Shown here piece by piece: positions 40,218 through 48,264 of a stretch of DNA of 64,000 nucleotides (position 1 is its first letter; the number at the start of each line of letters is the position of its first letter). The DNA comes from Alphaproteobacteria bacterium MarineAlpha9_Bin3. GTDB taxonomy: Bacteria > Pseudomonadota > Alphaproteobacteria > TMED109. The stretch covers positions 8,781-72,780 of the forward strand of contig PTKH01000005.1 of the NCBI GenBank assembly GCA_002937655.1, given 5' to 3'. The translations under genes were made by a program, and so were the position numbers. Under the pieces are notes generated by a model that made no database searches, was not told the origin of the DNA, and was given only the letters and a program-made list of their open reading frames with translations.

Positions 40218-41435
40218 ATGAAAAAAAAAATTGCTATTTTTACAGGAAATAGGGCTGAATATGGTTTGCAGATTCCACTTTTAAGAGCAATCTCAAAAGA
40301 TCCAAATTTAGATTATTGCTTAATAGTTTCAGGAGCACACCTAGATCCAAATTACGGTTCTACTATTAGGGAAATTGAAGAAGATGGTTTTGTTGTTCAT
40401 GAAGCTATAGATATAAAATCTGGAAGTGCTAATTTACTTGCTACTTCAAATTCAATTGGCGAAGGCATTATTAAAATAACTAAAATTATTGAAAAAGTGA
40501 AACCTGATATATTTGTGATATATGCTGATAGATATGAGACTTTTGCGGCAGCAATAGCTTCATCACAAACTAATACAGTCACAGCTCATATAGAGGGTGG
40601 TGATATAACTGAAGGTGGCGCTTTAGATGATAGTGTTAGGCATGCAATAACAAAACTAAGTCATATTCATTTCACCACTAATCAGCAAGCATCAAATCGA
40701 ATATTAGCTATGGGGGAGGAAAAGTGGAGAGTACATACAGTAGGATATCCTGGTATTGATTTAATAAATGCTAAAGAATTTTTTACTCCTGAAGAAATTG
40801 TTCATAAAATACAAATTGATCTTAAGAAACCAATAATAGTTTTTACTCAACATTCTGTTAGTAATAAATTTAATTTAGCTGAAAAGCAATTACTATCTAC
40901 CTTAAATGCCTTTGATAAATTATTAAGTGAAAATGATATACAATGTATTCTTACCTATCCAAATAATGATGCTGGAGGAGATAATATATACTCTATGCTT
41001 GAAAGTTATTCACTCAATAAAAATAATGTTACTTTACATCAGTCATTGGGAAGAAAGCTTTATTGGGGTTTATTGAATTTAGCTAAGGACCCTAAATATA
41101 GAATTGTTTGCGTCGGTAATTCTTCTTCAGGTATAAAAGAAACTCCTGCTTTTGGGTGTACTGTAGTTAATATTGGCACTAGGCAATTGGGTCGTTTAAG
41201 AGCCGATAATGTTTTGGATGCAAATTATAATGTAACTGAAATTTACAATGCAATTTATAAATGTTTATATGACGATAGATTTAGAGATGATTGCAGAAAG
41301 TGTATTAATCCTTATGGAATAGGCAATACTGGTTCTAAAATTGTAGAAGTTATTAAAAATATAAATATTAATGACAAGTTGCTTACTAAAAAAATGACAA
41401 ATAAAGGCATTTATAAAAATGGTTGGTTTCAATAG
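40218..41435 (+). CDS. neuC: UDP/GDP-N-acetylglucosamine-type 2-epimerase (hydrolysing), NeuC/LegG family
   Basis: IAIFTGNRAEYGL N-terminus, HIEGGD and GNSSSG motifs; 405 aa. Confidence 0.8.
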   Translation: MKKKIAIFTGNRAEYGLQIPLLRAISKDPNLDYCLIVSGAHLDPNYGSTIREIEEDGFVVHEAIDIKSGSANLLATSNSIGEGIIKITKIIEKVKPDIFVIYADRYETFAAAIASSQTNTVTAHIEGGDITEGGALDDSVRHAITKLSHIHFTTNQQASNRILAMGEEKWRVHTVGYPGIDLINAKEFFTPEEIVHKIQIDLKKPIIVFTQHSVSNKFNLAEKQLLSTLNAFDKLLSENDIQCILTYPNNDAGGDNIYSMLESYSLNKNNVTLHQSLGRKLYWGLLNLAKDPKYRIVCVGNSSSGIKETPAFGCTVVNIGTRQLGRLRADNVLDANYNVTEIYNAIYKCLYDDRFRDDCRKCINPYGIGNTGSKIVEVIKNININDKLLTKKMTNKGIYKNGWFQ

Positions 41436-42095
41436 ATGATTAAAAGTAATTTTTTAGTTGTAATCCCTGCTAGAGGTGGATCAAAAAGATTAAAGAATAA
41501 AAATATTCAGCTTTTTTGTGGAAAACCTCTAATAAGCTGGACAATTCAACTTGCTTTAAAGATACCTAATGTCAGTGATGTTATAGTAAGTACTGATAAT
41601 GTTAAAATTAAAAATATTGCTTTAGAGTGTGGGGCCAGTGTTCCATTTGATAGACCCCAATATCTAGCGGAGGATCATGTTTCTGCTGTTGAGGTTGCAA
41701 AGCATATTGTTTCAGAATTAAAATTTGATGGCAATATTATTATACTACAACCTACTTCACCTTTAAGAAATTTAAATGATATCAATACAGGTATAAAATT
41801 TTTAGCTAAAAATAATGCTGTAATTAGCGTTTATAAATTTCCTCATAGTTCAAATCTTTTAACTTATAGTAAGGCCGGAGAAAAATTTATTCCTATTGGG
41901 AAAAGTAAAGATATTTTTGTTCCAAATGGTGCGGTATTTATAGCTAAGTCAGATTGGTTAATGAATAATTCAAATTTTTATAATAAAGAAGTTGCAACAT
42001 TTGAAATGCCCTTTGAAAGATCAGTAGATATAGATTATTATCATCAGTTTCTAACTGCAGAAAATATCTTTCAGGCCTTAAGGCTTGGAAAATAA
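41436..42095 (+). CDS. neuA: acylneuraminate (nonulosonate) cytidylyltransferase
   Basis: VVIPARGGSKRLKNKN and LQPTSPLR motifs; 219 aa. ATG immediately follows the neuC stop. Confidence 0.8.
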   Translation: MIKSNFLVVIPARGGSKRLKNKNIQLFCGKPLISWTIQLALKIPNVSDVIVSTDNVKIKNIALECGASVPFDRPQYLAEDHVSAVEVAKHIVSELKFDGNIIILQPTSPLRNLNDINTGIKFLAKNNAVISVYKFPHSSNLLTYSKAGEKFIPIGKSKDIFVPNGAVFIAKSDWLMNNSNFYNKEVATFEMPFERSVDIDYYHQFLTAENIFQALRLGK

Positions 42096-42104
42096 TTATA
42101 ACTT

Positions 42105-43286
42105 ATGTCATATAATATAGATATATTTTTAAACAATAAGTTGATTAGCTGCGATACAATAGTGCCTTTTATCATGAGTTTGCAAAAAATAGATGGCAGT
42201 ATTAAAGCAAATTATTATATGATTGATTATAGGGGTTTTTCAGATATAAAAAACAATCAATTTTTATATTATTCTCTTAAAAAAACCGGAGAACTTATCT
42301 TAATTGGAAGTACAGGTAATCATTCTAAATTAAAAAAAATTTATCTAAAGCTTAAAACTCTCTTATTTTTACTTAAATTGTTTTTAAAATTATTTCTGGG
42401 AAAAACAAAAATTTTTCATTTTGGTGCATTATCTTATAAGCCATACAATATATTAACGTTATTTTTCTCTAAAATTATATTTCGTTTTGAAGCAAGTTCT
42501 TGGATAAGTCATAAAAATGGTAAAATATTTGATAATTTATTAAATCAAAGGAACTTAGTTGTACAAGAAAACTATTATGTAAATAAATATAAAGTATATT
42601 TTAATTCAAGTTTCATTAAGGAAAAAGGTAAAAAAAATTCTATTTTAATGATCAGTCCTAGAACTTATAGAACTTGGTATGAACATGTTATTCAATTTGG
42701 AGTTCCAAAATGTAAATCTTTTTTAAAAGATATAAATTATACTTATGAAAAAGGATATTTTGTATATATCATGGGACATATTGGTCATTTAGAGGGTATG
42801 GAAGATGCAAATAAATCTTTAGAATTATTAATTCCAAAAACTTTAAAATTATTATCTACGTATTCTGAGGGCCTTCCAATATTAGTTAAGCCACATAGTG
42901 TTACAAATATGGATATTTTGCATAAAATAATTGAAAAACATAATTTTAATAATGTCTATATTACATACTTACATACTGCTGTTTTATCTGTTAATGCTAA
43001 ATTAGTAGTATCAAATTATTTTAGTAACACACAAGCAGACGCATATTTTTTTGGAGCCACAACAGTTGAATTTACTCATTATTCTAAACTTGCTTTAAAA
43101 AAGTTAAAAGGTAAATCTATAAATCCTAATTATATAGATTATTTCATAAATAACGATGAAAATAAATTTAAGAGTATAATTCAAAAATCATTAAGTTCTA
43201 AAAATAAGAACAAGGTAAGAAACATATATGAAGATTTTGAGCAATCATCTAAAGTTAGAAGTTTTTATAAAAATTATATAATTTAG
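42105..43286 (+). CDS. hypothetical protein, possible GT-B-like transferase
   Basis: No firm motif. The C-terminal half (PILVKPHS...AKLVVSNYFSNTQADAYFFGATTVEF) resembles the donor-binding half of GT-B / capsule-type transferases. Follows the CMP-sugar synthetase. Confidence 0.35.
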   Translation: MSYNIDIFLNNKLISCDTIVPFIMSLQKIDGSIKANYYMIDYRGFSDIKNNQFLYYSLKKTGELILIGSTGNHSKLKKIYLKLKTLLFLLKLFLKLFLGKTKIFHFGALSYKPYNILTLFFSKIIFRFEASSWISHKNGKIFDNLLNQRNLVVQENYYVNKYKVYFNSSFIKEKGKKNSILMISPRTYRTWYEHVIQFGVPKCKSFLKDINYTYEKGYFVYIMGHIGHLEGMEDANKSLELLIPKTLKLLSTYSEGLPILVKPHSVTNMDILHKIIEKHNFNNVYITYLHTAVLSVNAKLVVSNYFSNTQADAYFFGATTVEFTHYSKLALKKLKGKSINPNYIDYFINNDENKFKSIIQKSLSSKNKNKVRNIYEDFEQSSKVRSFYKNYII

Positions 43287-43290
43287 AATT

Positions 43291-44178
43291 TTAATTTAAG
43301 TTTATCCAATTTCTTGTATCCCAAATTTTACTTGAATATTTCTCTCCCATTTTTACTACTTCTTTAATATCTGTTTTATTATAGAAAATATTTTCATTAC
43401 TAATTATTTTTTTAAATTGCTCTGTGTTATCTATACCAATTATCAATTTTGATTTAGGAAGCATATAATGTGCACATAATAAGGCAAGTTGTAATTTATC
43501 AATTTTAAGTTCTTTGGCGATATTATTGAAAAACAATACGCCTTTTTTTGTTTCTTTTAAACTTGAAGGAATTCGATTAGGTTCAATAAGTAATAAGCCT
43601 TGTAGAAATATAGAACGAATATGAACACTTCCGCCTTCAGAAATAAATTTTTTAATTGTATCAGACCTAAGTACTTTTTGGTTAAATATATTTCCAGGCA
43701 ACTGTATAATTTTTATAGAAGGGTCTATTATCATATCTTTTTCTTCGTAAATTGATAATCCAAATTTAGAAATAATTCTTTTTTTTAATAGAGATTCAAT
43801 ATAATTTTTAATATTAAAGTGATGCCAATTAGAAGGTTTATGTAAAAAAAGGTTATTAACTTTACTTACATTTAGTTTTTTCATTATTTCAGAAAATAAT
43901 AATTCTATGCTTTTATTTGGGTAATTATTTAAATCTGGAATTTTTGTTGATAATTTTGGATAAATATTATGTTTCTTTATCCATGACCCTAAAATTTTGT
44001 GAGAATTTTCATAAGCATAAGCAGTATCAAAACTATCATAATTTTTACTATAGCAATAATTTAGAAATTTGATTTTATCTTTAGTAGATATATTTTTTAT
44101 TTTATTTGCTATGCCATAGTTAGTACCTAGTTGGGCGGTACCTACTATAATATGATTTTTTATATTAAAAAACTGCAT
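43291..44178 (-). CDS. aldo/keto reductase
   Basis: GTAQLGTNYG N-terminus and DTAYAYENS motif; 295 aa. Confidence 0.75.
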   Translation of the reverse strand: MQFFNIKNHIIVGTAQLGTNYGIANKIKNISTKDKIKFLNYCYSKNYDSFDTAYAYENSHKILGSWIKKHNIYPKLSTKIPDLNNYPNKSIELLFSEIMKKLNVSKVNNLFLHKPSNWHHFNIKNYIESLLKKRIISKFGLSIYEEKDMIIDPSIKIIQLPGNIFNQKVLRSDTIKKFISEGGSVHIRSIFLQGLLLIEPNRIPSSLKETKKGVLFFNNIAKELKIDKLQLALLCAHYMLPKSKLIIGIDNTEQFKKIISNENIFYNKTDIKEVVKMGEKYSSKIWDTRNWINLN

Positions 44179-44280
44179 TATCTTTATTTATTCTATTTTA
44201 CCTATCATAATTTATATTATAGACATATTAATTATATAGTTGATATTTGTATTATTGACTATATTTAATGTTGGTGAATT

Positions 44281-46083
44281 ATGATTGATAAAAATAATAT
44301 TAGAAATTTTGCAATAATAGCTCATATAGACCATGGTAAGTCAACCTTATCTGACAGATTGATTGAGTTTTGTGACGCTATTAGTAATAGATTAATGAAA
44401 GATCAAATTCTTGATTCTATGGAAATAGAACGAGAAAGGGGAATAACTATTAAAGCTCAGACAATTCGTTTAGAATATAAAGCTTCTGATGGTAATAAGT
44501 ATATTTTAAATTTAATTGATACTCCAGGTCATGTTGATTTTTCTTATGAGGTTTCAAGGTCATTGGCTGCATGTGAAGGTGTAATATTATTAGTCGATGC
44601 AAGTCAGGGCGTGGAGGCACAAACTTTAGCGAATACTTGGTTAGCATTAGAGGCTGATTTAGAAATTATTCCTGTTTTAAATAAAGTTGATTTACCTGCA
44701 TCTGATCCAGAAAAAGTTAAGGCACAAATAAATGATTTAATTGGGCTAGATACTAAAAATGTATGTAATGTTTCTGGCAAAACTGGCGAAGGCGTTAAGG
44801 AGCTACTATCAGAAATTATAGATAATATTCCATCTCCAGTTGGAGATATTAATTATCCTTTAAAGGTTTTATTAATTGATGCATGGTATGATTCTTATTT
44901 AGGTGTGATGGTTCTCGTAAGAGTACATGATGGTACCTTAAAAAAAGGTATGAAAGTAACTTTAATGAGGTCTAAACGAGAATATCAAATTGAACAGGTA
45001 GGTATTTTAAATCCAAAACCAAAAATTGTAGAGAGTTTATCCGCAGGAGAAGTTGGTTTTATTACAGCGGCAATAAAAAATGTATCAGATGCATGGGTAG
45101 GAGACACAATTACTGAAATTAAAAACCCCGCTTTAAAAGCTCTACCAGGTTTTAAAGAGAGTATTCCAGTTGTTTTTTGCGGTTTATATCCTACAGATGC
45201 AGGAGAGTTTGATAAATTAAGAGAGTCGTTATCAAAGTTAAGGCTTAATGACACATCGTTTCATTTTGAAGTAGAGTCTAGTGCGGCATTAGGTTTAGGT
45301 TTTAGATGTGGGTTTTTAGGTTTGTTACATTTGGAAATAGTTCAAGAAAGGTTAGAAAGAGAGTTTGATTTAGATTTAGTTACCACAGCTCCTAGCGTTA
45401 TATATGATTTATATATGCATGATAATAAAGTATTAAAAATACATAACCCAGCAGACTGGCCAGATGTTACTAAAATTTCTAGTATTCAGGAACCATGGAT
45501 ACGAGCAACTATTTTTAGTCCGGATGAATATTTAGGAAAAATTTTAAGTCTTTGTAATGATAAAAGAGGAATACAGATAGAATTAAGTTATGTTGGAAAA
45601 AGAGTCATGCTTGTATATGATTTGCCTCTAAATGAAGTTGTATTTGATTTTAATGATACATTAAAATCCATTAGCAGGGGCTATGCTAGTTTTGATTATG
45701 AGATAAAAGATTATAAAAAAGGCGATTTAGTAAAGGTGAGTATGTTAATTAATGCAGAAAGTGTTGATAGTTTATCCTTTATAGTTCATAGAGGTAATGC
45801 TGATGGTAGAGCCAGAGCTATTTGTGAGAAGCTAAAACAATTAATTCCTCGACAACTATTTAAAATAGCAATTCAAGCTGCAATAGGAGGTAAAATAATA
45901 GCAAGAGAAACCATAAGTGCATTGAGAAAAGATGTGACTGCTAAATGCTATGGTGGAGATATTACTAGAAAGAAAAAGCTTTTAGAAAAACAGAAAAAAG
46001 GCAAGAAAAGAATGAAGCAGGTAGGTAATGTTGAAATTCCTCAAGAAGCTTTTTTAGCAGCATTAAGAATAGATACTACTTAA
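44281..46083 (+). CDS. lepA: translation elongation factor 4
   Basis: [18 protein letters not shown] and NKVD GTPase motifs; 600 aa, colinear with EF-4. Confidence 0.95.
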   Translation: MIDKNNIRNFAIIAHIDHGKSTLSDRLIEFCDAISNRLMKDQILDSMEIERERGITIKAQTIRLEYKASDGNKYILNLIDTPGHVDFSYEVSRSLAACEGVILLVDASQGVEAQTLANTWLALEADLEIIPVLNKVDLPASDPEKVKAQINDLIGLDTKNVCNVSGKTGEGVKELLSEIIDNIPSPVGDINYPLKVLLIDAWYDSYLGVMVLVRVHDGTLKKGMKVTLMRSKREYQIEQVGILNPKPKIVESLSAGEVGFITAAIKNVSDAWVGDTITEIKNPALKALPGFKESIPVVFCGLYPTDAGEFDKLRESLSKLRLNDTSFHFEVESSAALGLGFRCGFLGLLHLEIVQERLEREFDLDLVTTAPSVIYDLYMHDNKVLKIHNPADWPDVTKISSIQEPWIRATIFSPDEYLGKILSLCNDKRGIQIELSYVGKRVMLVYDLPLNEVVFDFNDTLKSISRGYASFDYEIKDYKKGDLVKVSMLINAESVDSLSFIVHRGNADGRARAICEKLKQLIPRQLFKIAIQAAIGGKIIARETISALRKDVTAKCYGGDITRKKKLLEKQKKGKKRMKQVGNVEIPQEAFLAALRIDTT

Positions 46084-46358
46084 GACTTATATTTAATTCT
46101 TAATAATAAATATATAATAAAAAAAATAACAGTAAAAAAAAATACTGGTAACTCTAATATAGGAAGTATTATTTTAAACCATATGTCTGTATCAATTTTT
46201 AATTGAATATATGAGCTTTCTACAACTTTTTGTAGACCAATAAGTGAATTAACATGCAGTATTCTCCATATTTCACCGAGATTAATATTTGGCTTTTTAA
46301 GTGAGCAAAATAACAAAATAATAAAAATTAAAAAAAAAATATATTTAATTATTCTCAT
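46080..46358 (-). CDS. small membrane protein, unknown function
   Basis: 92 aa with two strongly hydrophobic segments. Its stop shares TTAA with the lepA stop. Confidence 0.4.
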   Translation of the reverse strand: MRIIKYIFFLIFIILLFCSLKKPNINLGEIWRILHVNSLIGLQKVVESSYIQLKIDTDIWFKIILPILELPVFFFTVIFFIIYLLLRIKYKS

Positions 46359-46402
46359 ATTTTGTTATAGCTTTCATATATATAATTTAGGAGTAACAAT
46401 AA

Positions 46403-46768
46403 TTGTTAACTTATTTTCAAATACTTCAATTAGTATCTTTCGCATTTCTTATGTCTTTGGGACAACTATTATTTAAGAAAACTGCTTTGTCAATATCTTC
46501 TGAAGGAGGCTTGAACTTATATGAAGGAATTATGAAAGCTATGCTAGTGCCGTGGCTTTATATGGCTTTATTCGTTTATGCATTAGCAACAGTCTGTTGG
46601 TTATATATTTTACAAAGAATTCCATTATCAATAGCTTATCCTTTTTCTGCTCTTGCTATGATAATTGTTCCTGTCTTTGCAATGATTGTCTTTGGAGAAC
46701 GTTTGAATTATTCATATTGGATTGGTTTAGTTCTTATTCTATTAGGTATATCAATAATAGGTCAATAA
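46403..46768 (+). CDS. EamA/SMR-like four-helix transporter (ArnE/ArnF-like flippase subunit type)
   Basis: 121 aa, four TM helices, PLSIAYPF...GERL...G motif of EamA half-transporters. TTG start. Confidence 0.55.
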   Translation: MLTYFQILQLVSFAFLMSLGQLLFKKTALSISSEGGLNLYEGIMKAMLVPWLYMALFVYALATVCWLYILQRIPLSIAYPFSALAMIIVPVFAMIVFGERLNYSYWIGLVLILLGISIIGQ

Positions 46769-46772
46769 TATA

Positions 46773-46823
46773 TTGACGTTCATATAATGAACGATATATA
46801 ATAATTTTGTTCATTCTGTGAAC
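46773..46823 (+). promoter_or_regulatory. sigma-70-like promoter (TTGACG-N18-TATAAT) with two 15-bp palindromic operators
   Basis: TTGACG 46773-46778 and TATAAT 46797-46802. Perfect palindrome GTTCAT-ATA-ATGAAC at 46778-46792. Near-palindrome GTTCAT-TCT-GTGAAC at 46809-46823. Confidence 0.6.
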
Positions 46824-46851
46824 GATAAATAAATTATGTAAGATTGTTATA

Positions 46852-47460
46852 ATGAATAATCATGAAATAAAAAAAGATGATATGACTTTGAATGTTTTAT
46901 CTGCAGTAGATGCTGATAGTCAGATTACTCAAAGATCATTAGCTGCTGAATTGGGAATAGCTTTAGGTTTGACAAATGCCTATTTTAAAAAATGTGTTGA
47001 TAAAGGATTAGTAAAAATCAAGCAAATACCTAAAAAAAGGTATTCATATTATCTTACAAAAAAGGGTTTTACTGAAAAAGCTAGGTTATCTGCTGAATAT
47101 TTAAAATATTCTTTTAATTTTTTAAAAAATACAAAAGTAGAATGCGAAAAAATTATTAAGATATGTATTGATAATAATAATTTATCGATAGTTTTGTCTG
47201 ATAAGTCTGACTTTGCAGAAATCTTAATTTTAAGCGCATTAGACACTAAAGTTGATATTATTGGTGTATTAGGAAATGAAGAAAATAAGTATTGTGGAAA
47301 AAAAGTAATAAAATCTTTAAAAAATATTAATAATGTAGATGTTATCATTATGACTAAATTAGAGAATTCAAATTCTAGATTTGATTACCTTAAAAAGAAA
47401 TATAAAAAATATAATATTATAATTCCACAATTTCTAAATATAGATGGTGAGGAAACATAA
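46852..47460 (+). CDS. winged-helix (MarR-like) transcriptional regulator with Rossmann-like C-terminal domain
   Basis: ITQRSLAAELGIALGLTNAYFKKCVDKGLVK...YYLTKKGFTEKARL wHTH. The C-terminal alternating beta/alpha pattern (IVLSDKSDFAE...VDIIGVLGNEE...VDVIIMT) resembles NeuD/sugar-transferase N-domains. Confidence 0.65.
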   Translation: MNNHEIKKDDMTLNVLSAVDADSQITQRSLAAELGIALGLTNAYFKKCVDKGLVKIKQIPKKRYSYYLTKKGFTEKARLSAEYLKYSFNFLKNTKVECEKIIKICIDNNNLSIVLSDKSDFAEILILSALDTKVDIIGVLGNEENKYCGKKVIKSLKNINNVDVIIMTKLENSNSRFDYLKKKYKKYNIIIPQFLNIDGEET

Positions 47461-47960
47461 TGAAGTATTGGTATGTTATCTATACTATTCATAATCAAGA
47501 ATTTAGGGCTGAAGCTAATTTAAAAAAACAAGGCTTCCAGCTATATTTGCCAAAATATATAGGTACTAGAAAGCATGCTAGAAAAGTAGATAAAATATTA
47601 AAGCCCTTATTTCCAAGATATTTATTTATAAAATTAGATCTATCAATAGATAATATCTCAAAAATTAACTACACTTTTGGAGTAAATAAATTAGTTACTT
47701 TAGGAACTGAGCCTAATATACTACCTGATTTTATAGTTGATAACCTTAAGGCGCAAGAAGATAAAAATGGTAATCTAGATTCTATAATTAATTCAATATA
47801 TAAAATGGGAGAAAATGTAAAATTTAGTAATGGAGTTTTACAAGGAAATAATGCAGTGTTTATGGGTAAAACTGAGAAGCAAAGAGTTTTTGTGTTATTA
47901 GATATTCTTGGAAGAAAGCTTAATATAGCTGTACCTCCTATGTCTTTACAACCTCTGTGA
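47460..47960 (+). CDS. rfaH: RfaH-like specialised NusG paralogue (transcription antiterminator)
   Basis: 166 aa. MKYWYVIY N-terminus, KPLFPRYLFIKLD, and a C-terminal KOW-like GENVKFSNGVLQGNNAVF...RVFVLLDILG. Colinear by eye with E. coli RfaH (162 aa). Start overlaps the regulator stop (TAATG). Confidence 0.7.
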   Translation: MKYWYVIYTIHNQEFRAEANLKKQGFQLYLPKYIGTRKHARKVDKILKPLFPRYLFIKLDLSIDNISKINYTFGVNKLVTLGTEPNILPDFIVDNLKAQEDKNGNLDSIINSIYKMGENVKFSNGVLQGNNAVFMGKTEKQRVFVLLDILGRKLNIAVPPMSLQPL

Positions 47961-47967
47961 GTACAAT

Positions 47968-48264
47968 ATGAACTATGAAAACGAAAATTTTATAGAATTA
48001 ATTTATGGTTCAATAAAGGAAGTAAATAAGCAACTTGCTCCTGAAAATCATTTAAAATTAAAAGTTAATGAGTATTTAGTTTCTGAGAAAAGTCCAATAG
48101 ATTCTTTAGGGTTAATTACTTTATTAATTCACATAGAAGGAGAAATTAGTAAAAACTTTAATCAAAATATAAACTTAATAGAAGAAGAGCTCATTACTGA
48201 AGTGGATACTCCATTTGAAACTATAGGTAGTCTTGCTGAATGGCTTAAAGATAATGTTAAATAA
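47968..48264 (+). CDS. acyl carrier protein
   Basis: 98 aa, acidic, with the phosphopantetheine attachment motif IDSLGLI. Confidence 0.75.
   Translation: MNYENENFIELIYGSIKEVNKQLAPENHLKLKVNEYLVSEKSPIDSLGLITLLIHIEGEISKNFNQNINLIEEELITEVDTPFETIGSLAEWLKDNVK

Noticed and set aside
40221-40230. A10 homopolymer at codons 2-4 of neuC as a possible slipped-strand phase-variation switch, with similar A10 tracts at 19832-19841 in the GT4 gene and 63769-63778 in the partial ORF
   Set aside because: In DNA this AT-rich, Lys-Lys-Lys (AAA)n runs are common and also occur outside glycan genes. Without population data showing length polymorphism this is not distinguishable from background.
46552-46776. 74-aa alternative-frame + ORF overlapping the EamA-like gene, and the 102-aa ORF at 59257-59565 inside the ABC exporter
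   Set aside because: Same-strand out-of-frame ORFs within genes whose annotated frame carries clear family motifs. There is no evidence for a programmed frameshift (no slippery heptamer plus structure noted).
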